IMG/VR virus record: IMGVR_UViG_3300016263_000151
Location: 1 to 36,991 of that record
Direction: 5' to 3' (one strand)
Origin: a virus
Taxonomy: Duplodnaviria; Caudoviricetes
Length of the DNA: 36,991 nucleotides
The translations under genes were made by a program, and so were the position numbers. How positions within the stretch are numbered: position 1 is the first letter of the stretch; every line of letters begins with the position of its first letter. The notes beneath the pieces were generated by a model, which was not told the origin of the DNA, searched no databases, and saw nothing but the letters and a program-made list of their open reading frames with translations. Positions 15,339 to 23,553 of this stretch are shown piece by piece.

Positions 15339-16295
15339 ATGTCTTTCAACGTCTCGACCGCGTTCGTCCAGCAATATTCGACGAACGTGCAAATGCTCCT
15401 GCAGCAGCAGGGCTCGCGCATCCGCAATGCGGTGCAAAACTTCCGCTTCCAGGGCAAGGCCGCCTCGATGGCCGAGCAGTTCGGCGCCGTCTCCCCGGTC
15501 CGCAACCAGTCTCGTCACAGCGACACGCCTCTGATCAGCACCCCTCAGGACAAGCGTTGGATCTACCCCAACGACTACGACTGGGCCGACCTGATCGACA
15601 GCCAGGACAAGCTGCGCATGCTGATCGACCCGACCAGCTCCTATGCGATGGCTGGCGCCTGGGCCATGGGCCGCGCTATCGATGACGAGATCATCGCCGG
15701 CATCTTCGGCAGCAACAACACCGGCGAAAACGGCACCTCTGCCACCGGCACGCTCTACGCCTACAACAGCAACAGCCAGTCTGTCGCTGCCACGGTTGGT
15801 GCGAGCTCGGCGACTGGTCTGAACATCGCCAAGTTGCGCGCTGCCAAGCGTATCCTGTTGCAGGCCGAAGTCGACGTCGACAACGACCCCCTGTACATGG
15901 TGATCACCGCCAAGCAGCACGACGACCTGCTGAACGAAGCACAGGCCATCAGCCTGGACTACAACACCCGCCCCGTGCTGGTGGACGGTCGCATCACCTC
16001 GTTCATGGGCTTCAACTTCATCCACAGCGAGCGCATCCCTGGCGGCGCCTCGTTCAACACCGCCATCAACACCGGCATCTCCTCTGCTGACAGCGATGGC
16101 AGCTATGTGACCGGCTCGCGCTGGATGGTTCCCTTTTTCGCCAAGTCTGGCGTTGCTCTGGGCATGTGGAACGACGTCACCACCTCGATCGATCGCCGCG
16201 CTGACAAGCGCAACTCCTACCAGGTGTACGTCACCGGCACGTTCGGTGGCGCTCGCATGGAAGAGAAGCGCGTCGGCCTGATCAACTGCAAGTAA
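15339..16295 (+). CDS. Major capsid protein
   Basis: AFVQQYSTNVQMLLQQQGSR, AMGRAIDDEII, FMGFNFI, GARMEEKRV; strongly biased codons. Confidence 0.9.
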   Translation: MSFNVSTAFVQQYSTNVQMLLQQQGSRIRNAVQNFRFQGKAASMAEQFGAVSPVRNQSRHSDTPLISTPQDKRWIYPNDYDWADLIDSQDKLRMLIDPTSSYAMAGAWAMGRAIDDEIIAGIFGSNNTGENGTSATGTLYAYNSNSQSVAATVGASSATGLNIAKLRAAKRILLQAEVDVDNDPLYMVITAKQHDDLLNEAQAISLDYNTRPVLVDGRITSFMGFNFIHSERIPGGASFNTAINTGISSADSDGSYVTGSRWMVPFFAKSGVALGMWNDVTTSIDRRADKRNSYQVYVTGTFGGARMEEKRVGLINCK

Positions 16296-16308
16296 GGAGT
16301 TCTGAACC

Positions 16309-16758
16309 ATGGCCCAATATCTGAGCAACGAACTGGCCGGCACCACAACCGGCCTCACCACGGCAGCCGCTACGGGTTATCGTCCTGGCGCTTCGGTCTA
16401 CGGCGCCCGCATGAAGCGCTTTCGCGCCACTGTGACCTACGCCGGCCAGACCACGAGCGACACGATCCTGTTGGCTTCTGTGCCCGCTGGCTTCACGTTC
16501 GCCTTTGGCGTGTTGAACGCAGACACCTCGTCTGGCTCGACCACACTGGCGATCGGCACCAGCGGCTCTACCGCCAAGTATCGCGCTGCCGGCGCTTTCA
16601 CCTCAACCGACACGCCCACCATGTTTGGTAAGGCTGCCCCGGCTGCTGGTGCGACGCCTTTGGCTGACACTGAGAACATCATCCTGACCCTGGCCGCCGC
16701 GACCGCACCGTCGTCTGGCACCTTGGTTGTGGATCTGTACTTCAGCGCGCCGAACTGA
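16309..16758 (+). CDS. Capsid cement/decoration protein
   Basis: Thr/Ala-rich beta protein right after capsid, AAGGAG RBS. Confidence 0.65.
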   Translation: MAQYLSNELAGTTTGLTTAAATGYRPGASVYGARMKRFRATVTYAGQTTSDTILLASVPAGFTFAFGVLNADTSSGSTTLAIGTSGSTAKYRAAGAFTSTDTPTMFGKAAPAAGATPLADTENIILTLAAATAPSSGTLVVDLYFSAPN

Positions 16759-16769
16759 TCGGCACTGTG

Positions 16770-16797
16770 AGGGGCTGGGGTAACCCGGCCCCTTCTT
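16770..16797 (+). terminator. Weak intrinsic terminator or stabilising hairpin
   Basis: AGGGGCTGGG-GTAA-CCCGGCCCCT followed by TCTT. Confidence 0.55.
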
Positions 16798-16816
16798 CCA
16801 TTCTCAGGAGATCATC

Positions 16817-17005
16817 ATGCCCGCTTACTATTTCGGCATCAACTATGGCGAGAACGAATACGGCGCCGTGGGTCAATCGACCGACCCGACCAAGGACATC
16901 GAGATTGTGATCCCAGACACCAGCAAAGTGCCAAGCGTTGCTGAGCTGGTTGTGGCTATCGAAAAGCTGCAAAACTTCATCTTGCGCAACGGCAAAGCCT
17001 GGTAA
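16817..17005 (+). CDS. Hypothetical structural-region protein
   Basis: 62 aa, AGGAG RBS. Confidence 0.7.
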   Translation: MPAYYFGINYGENEYGAVGQSTDPTKDIEIVIPDTSKVPSVAELVVAIEKLQNFILRNGKAW

Positions 17006-17015
17006 GGGGTAGATC

Positions 17016-17306
17016 ATGCGCGGCTATCGTGTAGACCTACTTTCCAATGCCAGCGCGACTGGCAGCGATGTCACCTGGCCTGGCGGCCGTGGCACGTTCA
17101 TGGTTGCTGGCACGTTCGGCGGCGCCACCGTCAAATTGCAGGTGCTGGGCCCCGATGGCTCGACCTACATCGATGCTGGCACCTACACCACGCTGACGGC
17201 TGCAGGCGCTGGCAACTTCGATCTGCCACAGGGCAAGATCCGCGCGGCTGTATCTGGCGGCCCGCCGTCGGGCATTTACGCTATCGCCGTGACCGTTGAC
17301 CTCTAA
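17016..17306 (+). CDS. Hypothetical beta-rich virion protein
   Basis: GTFGGATVKLQ; Gly/Thr-rich. Confidence 0.7.
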   Translation: MRGYRVDLLSNASATGSDVTWPGGRGTFMVAGTFGGATVKLQVLGPDGSTYIDAGTYTTLTAAGAGNFDLPQGKIRAAVSGGPPSGIYAIAVTVDL

Positions 17307-17318
17307 GGACCGACTGCC

Positions 17319-17567
17319 ATGATGCCGATCACCAGTCCGGTCACAATGCCGGTGACGTTCGGCGTCACTGGCTTTGACCGCAGCGAGCTTTGGATCGATT
17401 TGTTTGGTCCCTCGCTGCTGCTTGATTTCGTGTCGCCGCGCACGACCGCACTGGGCGACAGCGTCAGCGACGCATCACTCGATCTTCGTTTCATCAATGG
17501 CGGCTTCTCAGTCGCGCCGACAACCGACCCTGCCACTGGCGTGGGCCGCTACCTTGTGCAGGTGTAA
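17319..17567 (+). CDS. Hypothetical fibre-associated protein
   Basis: SLLLDF and SLDLRF motifs; AAGGA RBS. Confidence 0.6.
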   Translation: MMPITSPVTMPVTFGVTGFDRSELWIDLFGPSLLLDFVSPRTTALGDSVSDASLDLRFINGGFSVAPTTDPATGVGRYLVQV

Positions 17568-17569
17568 CC

Positions 17570-19261
17570 ATGGCCCTTCAGCAAAAAGCCTTCTCTGACA
17601 TCATCACCTTCTCGCGTTCGAGCAACGCGACGCGCACGGGCCCTGACGGCACGGTGCAGTATGCGCCTCACAACCTGCTGTTGCGCTCACAAGAACTGGA
17701 CAATGCTGCTTGGACAAAAGACAACTGCACTGCAACTGCCAACGCTATTGCAGCCCCAGATGGAACCGTCACGGCTGACATGATCACAGACGGGGCCTCT
17801 GGCTCTCCCTCTTTGTATTTAGCTGCATTCGTCACAATTACTGCATCTGCCCCTTATACGGCAAGCGGTTATGTCAAACGAGGAAATACAGATTGGATTC
17901 GATTTATCATTCAAGATGGTGCGTTTGGCAATCAAACAGTCGTATGGTTTAACTTGGCTACCGGAGCGACGTCAAGCGGCGTCACGCTGACGTCAGTAGG
18001 TAATGGCTGGTATCGCTTCTCAGTGACTGCAACAATCGGGAGCGCAAGCACCGCTCAATATCAAATCAATACTGCGGCAAGTAACGGCAGCAACACACGA
18101 GTGTCTGGAGGCACTTACTACCTCTGGGGCGCCCAGCTCTCTGTCGGCTCCATCGCCGGCGACTACACGCCCACGACCAGCGCCGCCGTCTACGGTCCGC
18201 GCTTTGACTACGACCCGGTGACCAAGGCTGCGAAGGGCCTGCTCATCGAGGAGCAGCGCACGAACCTGCTGACGTATAGCGAACAGTTCGACAATGCCGT
18301 GTGGAGTAAGGTAAGAATGTCAATTACCTCAAACTCTACTTCTGCTCCTGACGGGACTACGACTGCCGATACGTTTGTCGAGGACACAACTGCATCCAAT
18401 ACTCACGTTTTGTATGTGACTCAGTCAGGCCTTACGTCTGGGGTGACGTACAGCTTCAGCCTATATGTAAAAGCCAACGGCAGAACGCAAGTAAATATCT
18501 CTTGCGGTAGCACTGCATTTACCGGCATCGGCGGGACTTTGTTTGACCTGTCGGCAAACACCGCAAGCAATGGCACCGGTGTTGTTGGATCTTCTATTAC
18601 GGATGTCGGTAACGGGTGGAAGCGGATTGTCTACACGGTGACAGCAAACGGAACCGGCTCAGGCGACATCTACATCGGAACCTACGTAAACGGTTCTGGT
18701 TCATACACTGGCAACGGCACCTCTGGCGTTTACGTCTGGGGCGCCCAACTCGAAGCCGGTGCATTCGCCACCAGCTACATTCCCACGATCGCCTCAAGCG
18801 TCACGCGCTCGGCTGATGTGGCGACGGTCAATACGCTGTCGCCTTGGTATAACGCCACTGAGGGAACACTGTATGCGGAGTTTGCTGGCGCTGCTGGCTG
18901 GGCTGTGCAGTTGGGCGAAGGTGCAAACTTCAACAACAGAATTGCAATCGGCTCAACCGGTGCAAACTTCCTTGTTTCTGATGCAACCGGAACCAACCAA
19001 GTGAATATTGGAAGCTATAACGGCACGGCTACAGCTTTCGTCAAAATCGCTGGCGCATACAAAGTTAACGACTTTGCCTGCTCCATCAATGGCGGCGCCG
19101 TTACCGTTGACACGATCGGAACAGTTCCGGCACCAACATCGATGATGATCGGGGCAAGAAACACCGCTTCGCCGAACAGCTTTTTGAACAGTTGGGTGAA
19201 GCGCATCGCCTACTACCCGCGCCGCATGACCAATGCAGAGCTGCAGGCCCTCACCGCATAA
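17570..19261 (+). CDS. Head/tail fibre with two carbohydrate-binding-like repeats and a LamG/ConA-like C-terminus
   Basis: Duplicated NLL..S..FDNA.W / APDGT.TAD / GNGW.R / WGAQL; GLLIEEQRTN; ATSYIPT. Confidence 0.75.
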   Translation: MALQQKAFSDIITFSRSSNATRTGPDGTVQYAPHNLLLRSQELDNAAWTKDNCTATANAIAAPDGTVTADMITDGASGSPSLYLAAFVTITASAPYTASGYVKRGNTDWIRFIIQDGAFGNQTVVWFNLATGATSSGVTLTSVGNGWYRFSVTATIGSASTAQYQINTAASNGSNTRVSGGTYYLWGAQLSVGSIAGDYTPTTSAAVYGPRFDYDPVTKAAKGLLIEEQRTNLLTYSEQFDNAVWSKVRMSITSNSTSAPDGTTTADTFVEDTTASNTHVLYVTQSGLTSGVTYSFSLYVKANGRTQVNISCGSTAFTGIGGTLFDLSANTASNGTGVVGSSITDVGNGWKRIVYTVTANGTGSGDIYIGTYVNGSGSYTGNGTSGVYVWGAQLEAGAFATSYIPTIASSVTRSADVATVNTLSPWYNATEGTLYAEFAGAAGWAVQLGEGANFNNRIAIGSTGANFLVSDATGTNQVNIGSYNGTATAFVKIAGAYKVNDFACSINGGAVTVDTIGTVPAPTSMMIGARNTASPNSFLNSWVKRIAYYPRRMTNAELQALTA

Positions 19262-19270
19262 GGAGCACAC

Positions 19271-19687
19271 ATGGACGAAGTCATCACCCAGGAAGCGCCC
19301 GCGCCCGAGCTGCCGATAGCGCCCGAGCTGCCCGCAGTTCCGGCCAAACCGCTGTTCAATGACTACTACTGCAAGTTCGACAGCGAAGAGGCGGCCAATG
19401 CTGCCCTCGTTGCTGCCGGCGCCCTGGTGCAGACCGACGCCGTGATCGACGAGAACGAGCAGGTGATCCAGCCCGCCGGCTTCACGCCTGCTGCCGGCGT
19501 CTCGGTCGACGTCATCGGCGTGATCCACAAGCCCACCGGCAACATGATCCCGACCGTCGAGTTCGGTGAGCAACCCGAGATGGCGGCCATCCCCGGCTGG
19601 CACGTCAACGTGCGCTCATCCGCCGAGATCGAAGCCCTCAAGACCTACGACATTGCCCCGGCCACTCCCGTTCGCATCTGGGCATAA
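19271..19687 (+). CDS. Fibre-associated protein (chaperone candidate)
   Basis: DVIGVI, GWHVNVR, PATPVRIWA; follows fibre gene. Confidence 0.65.
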   Translation: MDEVITQEAPAPELPIAPELPAVPAKPLFNDYYCKFDSEEAANAALVAAGALVQTDAVIDENEQVIQPAGFTPAAGVSVDVIGVIHKPTGNMIPTVEFGEQPEMAAIPGWHVNVRSSAEIEALKTYDIAPATPVRIWA

Positions 19688-19696
19688 GGAGCAGCG

Positions 19697-20296
19697 ATGG
19701 CCTCAGTCATCCAGGTTGCAAACCGCGCACTGACCAAGCTTGGGTCGGCTCGCATCACGTCTCTTGCTGACAACGTCAAGGGAGCGCGGGCGATCGCCTC
19801 ATGCTTCGATGACCTGCGTGACGACGAGATGCGCGCCCACCGCTGGCAATTCACGCTCAAGCGCACCAGCCTGGCCGCCATGTCTTCGGCCCCGGCCTTT
19901 GGCTACCAGTATCAATACCAGGTGCCCGCCGATTTCCTGAAGATCGACATGGTCAATGACCAGTTCCCATCTGCCGTGATGGACAACTACATCGGCGCCG
20001 AGGAGCTCGACTGGGCGCTTGAAGGCAACCTGATCCTGACCGATATGGGCGCGCCCCTGAAGCTGCGTTATGTGGCCAGCATCACAGATCCGAATAGCTG
20101 GGACGTCAATTTCCGCGAGGCCCTGGCGTCACGCATCGCCATGGAGCTCTGCGAGGATCTCACGCAATCCAACGAGAAGAAACGCGCCGCTGCCGACGAC
20201 TATGCGCGAGCCATCAAGCAGGCCGTGCGCAGCAACGCCATCGAGCGCCTGCCGGTGACGCCGCCAGACGACCAGTGGGTCATCTCTAGGATCTGA
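19697..20296 (+). CDS. Tail adaptor / tubular protein A
   Basis: NRALTKLG, W.F..KR..L, YQVPADFL, FREALA. Confidence 0.82.
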   Translation: MASVIQVANRALTKLGSARITSLADNVKGARAIASCFDDLRDDEMRAHRWQFTLKRTSLAAMSSAPAFGYQYQYQVPADFLKIDMVNDQFPSAVMDNYIGAEELDWALEGNLILTDMGAPLKLRYVASITDPNSWDVNFREALASRIAMELCEDLTQSNEKKRAAADDYARAIKQAVRSNAIERLPVTPPDDQWVISRI

Positions 20297-20297
20297 C

Positions 20298-22580
20298 ATG
20301 CCCAAGGCATCACCGCTTCGCTCATCGTTCAATGCCGGCGAGCTCTCGCCGCTTATGGCTGGCCGCCCCGATGTGGCCAAGTATGCGAACGGCTGCGAGC
20401 TGCTTGAGAATTTCATCCCCTCGGTGCAAGGGCCTGCCGTGCGTCGCGCCGGCACGCGGTTTGTCAACGAGGTGAAGGACAGCGCCGATCGCACCTGGCT
20501 GGCCCGGTTCGAGTTCAACACCGCCCAGGCCTATGTGCTGGAGTTCGGCGATCAGTACATCCGCTTCTACACCAACCACGGCGTTCTGCTGTCTGGTGGC
20601 GTGCCATACGAGATCGCTTCGCCCTACGCCATCGCCGACCTGACCGACGCCACCGATGGCACCTTCCGGCTCGACATGGTGCAATCCGGCGACGTGATCT
20701 ACATCGCGCACCCGAGCTACCCGCTGCAGAAACTTTCGCGGCTTGGCAACACCAACTGGACAATCGCCGATGCGCCGCTGACCAATGGACCGTTCAAGAC
20801 CGAGAACGTCGACCGCACCATCACGGTTTACGCCAGCGCGACCACGGGCAGTGTGACCCTGACGGCGAGCTCTGGCATTTTCACGTCGGCGATGGTGGGC
20901 TCGTTTGTCTACCTCGAACCCGCGGATCTATCCTCGGTCAAGCCCTGGACCGCTGGCCAGGAATACTCGACCAACCCGCTGAACACTTTGCGCCGGTCTG
21001 ACGGCAAGACCTACAAGTGCACGACCAATGGCACGCCGACATCCGGCAAGGTCTGGCGCACCGGTCCCGATAAGCCCATCCACATCTATGGCACCGAGGC
21101 AGACGGCGACTACAGCGGCATCAGCGGCACGACCTGCGAGCGCCAGGGTCTTGACTGGCTCTTTGTCGACTCGGGCTTTGGCTATGTGAAGATCACCGGG
21201 TTTACCAGCTCGACCGTCGTCACGGCCACCGTGCAGGGCAACAACCCGCTGCCGGCCGGTGTCGTCGGATCTGGCAACGCGACATTCCGCTGGGCCTTGG
21301 GCGCGTTTTCTGGGACCGAAGGCTATCCCAGCAAGGTGACGTTCTTCCGCGAGCGCCTGACGCTGGCCAAGGGCCAGGAGCTGTTCTTTTCCTGCTCGGG
21401 CGACTTTGAGAATTTCGCCAGCAAAGACGACAGCGGCCAGGTGGTGGCCGATCGGTCGATCAAGGTCACGATCTCGTCCGACCAGGTCAACCAGGTGCAG
21501 TGGCTGGCGCCAACCCAGTCGCTGATCATTGGCACGTCTGGCGGCGAGTTCGCCTGCGGGGAAAACTCAACCAACGAGGCGTTTGCGCCCGGCAACGTCA
21601 AGATTGAGCAGCAGACGTCCGAGGGCTCGCGTGGCGTGGTTCCCGTGCGCGTGGGCTACTCGACGCTGATGGTGCAGGCCTCTGGCCGCAAGGTCAAAGA
21701 GGTCGCCTACAACCTGCAGCAGAATGGCTATGTGACGAACGACGTCACGGTCCTGGCCGAGCACATCACCCTTGGCGGCATCGTGCAGACGAGCTGGCAC
21801 AAGGAGCCCTATGTGGCCATGTGGAGCGTGCGCGCGGACGGCAAGCTCCTGGGGTTCACGTTCAACAAGGAGCAGGACGTCGTCGGCTGGCATCGCCACA
21901 CCCTTGGCGGCTCCGGCGTCGTCGAGTCGGTCTGCGTCATCCCCTCCCCCGATCGCACCCGCGACGAGCTCTGGGTGATCGTGCGTCGCACCATCAACGG
22001 CTCGACCAAGCGATATGTCGAATATTTGGAGCGCGAGTATCAGGACGGCGACACGCAGTCGTCGTGCTTTTATGTCGACAGCGGCTTGACCTACAGCGGC
22101 TCGCCGGCCACGACGATCTCGGGCCTGAGCCATCTTGAAGGCCAGACCGTGCAGGTGCTGACGGATGGCGCCTCGCATCCTGACCGCGTGGTGACGTCAG
22201 GCTCAATCACGCTGCAACGCGCATCGAGCGTCGTGCAGGTTGGCCTGGCGTGTCCTGCCATTTTGAAGACCACGCGCATCGAGGCTGGCGCAGGCGATGG
22301 CACGGCGCAAGGCAAGACGAAACGCATCACAAAAGTGGTGTTCCGGTTCTACAATACGCTCGGTGCAAAGGTCGGACCCGATGCGAACAATCTGGATGAC
22401 ATCCAGTTCCGCACGCCCTCCGACCCAATGGACCAGGCGCCGCCGTTATTCACCGGTGACAAGCTCGTAGACTGGCCCGGTGGTTACGATTTCGACGGCT
22501 ATGTGATGGTGAGGCAAGAGCAGCCACTGCCGATGACGCTGGTGGCCGTCATGCCGCAAGTTCATACCTTCGATCGATGA
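20298..22580 (+). CDS. Tail nozzle / tubular protein B
   Basis: SFNAGELSP, EFGDQYIRFY, YPSKVTFFRERL, VVGWHRH, LSHLEGQTV. Confidence 0.85.
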   Translation: MPKASPLRSSFNAGELSPLMAGRPDVAKYANGCELLENFIPSVQGPAVRRAGTRFVNEVKDSADRTWLARFEFNTAQAYVLEFGDQYIRFYTNHGVLLSGGVPYEIASPYAIADLTDATDGTFRLDMVQSGDVIYIAHPSYPLQKLSRLGNTNWTIADAPLTNGPFKTENVDRTITVYASATTGSVTLTASSGIFTSAMVGSFVYLEPADLSSVKPWTAGQEYSTNPLNTLRRSDGKTYKCTTNGTPTSGKVWRTGPDKPIHIYGTEADGDYSGISGTTCERQGLDWLFVDSGFGYVKITGFTSSTVVTATVQGNNPLPAGVVGSGNATFRWALGAFSGTEGYPSKVTFFRERLTLAKGQELFFSCSGDFENFASKDDSGQVVADRSIKVTISSDQVNQVQWLAPTQSLIIGTSGGEFACGENSTNEAFAPGNVKIEQQTSEGSRGVVPVRVGYSTLMVQASGRKVKEVAYNLQQNGYVTNDVTVLAEHITLGGIVQTSWHKEPYVAMWSVRADGKLLGFTFNKEQDVVGWHRHTLGGSGVVESVCVIPSPDRTRDELWVIVRRTINGSTKRYVEYLEREYQDGDTQSSCFYVDSGLTYSGSPATTISGLSHLEGQTVQVLTDGASHPDRVVTSGSITLQRASSVVQVGLACPAILKTTRIEAGAGDGTAQGKTKRITKVVFRFYNTLGAKVGPDANNLDDIQFRTPSDPMDQAPPLFTGDKLVDWPGGYDFDGYVMVRQEQPLPMTLVAVMPQVHTFDR

Positions 22581-23002
22581 GGATTGTTCCATTTGAACCC
22601 GACCACCTGAACCGACTATTGCTTCAACCAAGCCAGGCCATCATGCAACCGACCTTGTCCAATCCGAAATATGCCGAGGGCCTGCACCAAGCAGGTCCAG
22701 CGTATTCGCTTGTTGACTATGATGCGGTTTTCGCATGCATGGGGCTTATTCCTCAATGGGAGAACCGAGCGATCGCGTGGGGTTTGATCAGCGCAGAGGC
22801 CGGCCCTCACTTCCTGATGATCCACAAGGCGGTGCATCGCACGATGCGCCTTCATTACTACCGTCGCATTGAGACGGCCGTCGCCTGCGATTTCAAGCAG
22901 GGCCATCGCTGGGCAAAGATGCTCGGCTTTGAGCGCGAGGGGCGCATGCGCTCCTACACGCCAGACGGCAGGGACTGCGACCTCTACGCGAGGGTTCAAT
23001 AA
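22577..23002 (+). CDS. GNAT-fold protein in the gp13-like position
   Basis: RWAKMLGFEREGRMRSY..DGRDCDLYAR. Confidence 0.65.
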   Translation: MRIVPFEPDHLNRLLLQPSQAIMQPTLSNPKYAEGLHQAGPAYSLVDYDAVFACMGLIPQWENRAIAWGLISAEAGPHFLMIHKAVHRTMRLHYYRRIETAVACDFKQGHRWAKMLGFEREGRMRSYTPDGRDCDLYARVQ

Positions 23003-23550
23003 TGGAAATAGCAGCAATCGGCTCAGCGCTTTCTGCGGCAGCGCCGGCCATCAGCCTGGTGTCGACCGCCGTGTCGGCTTTTGGCGCCATGCAACAGGCC
23101 GACGCCCAGTCCGCGAGCCTGCGCGCCCAGGCGCAGCAGCAGGAATACAACGCCACTGTGGCCCGCAACAATGCAAAGGTCGCCGCCGACCAGGCCAACG
23201 CAACGGAAGAGGCGCAGCGCCGTCACTTCAATGCGCTGCAGGGCCAGGCGATCGCTGGCGTCGCTCAATCCGGCACCGGGTTTGACGGCTCGAACCTCGA
23301 CCTGCTCAAGCAAAACGCAATCAACAACGAGCTCGACGCGCTGACCATTCGCTATGAAGGACAGAACCAGGCGAGAGGCTTAGAGGCGCAAGCCGCCCAG
23401 GATATGTACGGCGCAAGCGTGAGCCGCATGAACGCAAGCAATGCGATGACTGCTGGCTATTTCAACGCCGGCGCCAACCTGCTCAGCGGCGCGGCCAAAT
23501 ATGGCTACTACAGCCGGGTCGGCAACAAACCTTCTGCGATGGTGGAGTAA
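23002..23550 (+). CDS. Small internal virion (ejection) protein
   Basis: Hydrophobic Ala/Gly N-terminus, Gln/Ala helices, AQSGT.FDGS. Confidence 0.7.
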   Translation: MEIAAIGSALSAAAPAISLVSTAVSAFGAMQQADAQSASLRAQAQQQEYNATVARNNAKVAADQANATEEAQRRHFNALQGQAIAGVAQSGTGFDGSNLDLLKQNAINNELDALTIRYEGQNQARGLEAQAAQDMYGASVSRMNASNAMTAGYFNAGANLLSGAAKYGYYSRVGNKPSAMVE

Positions 23551-23553
23551 AGC

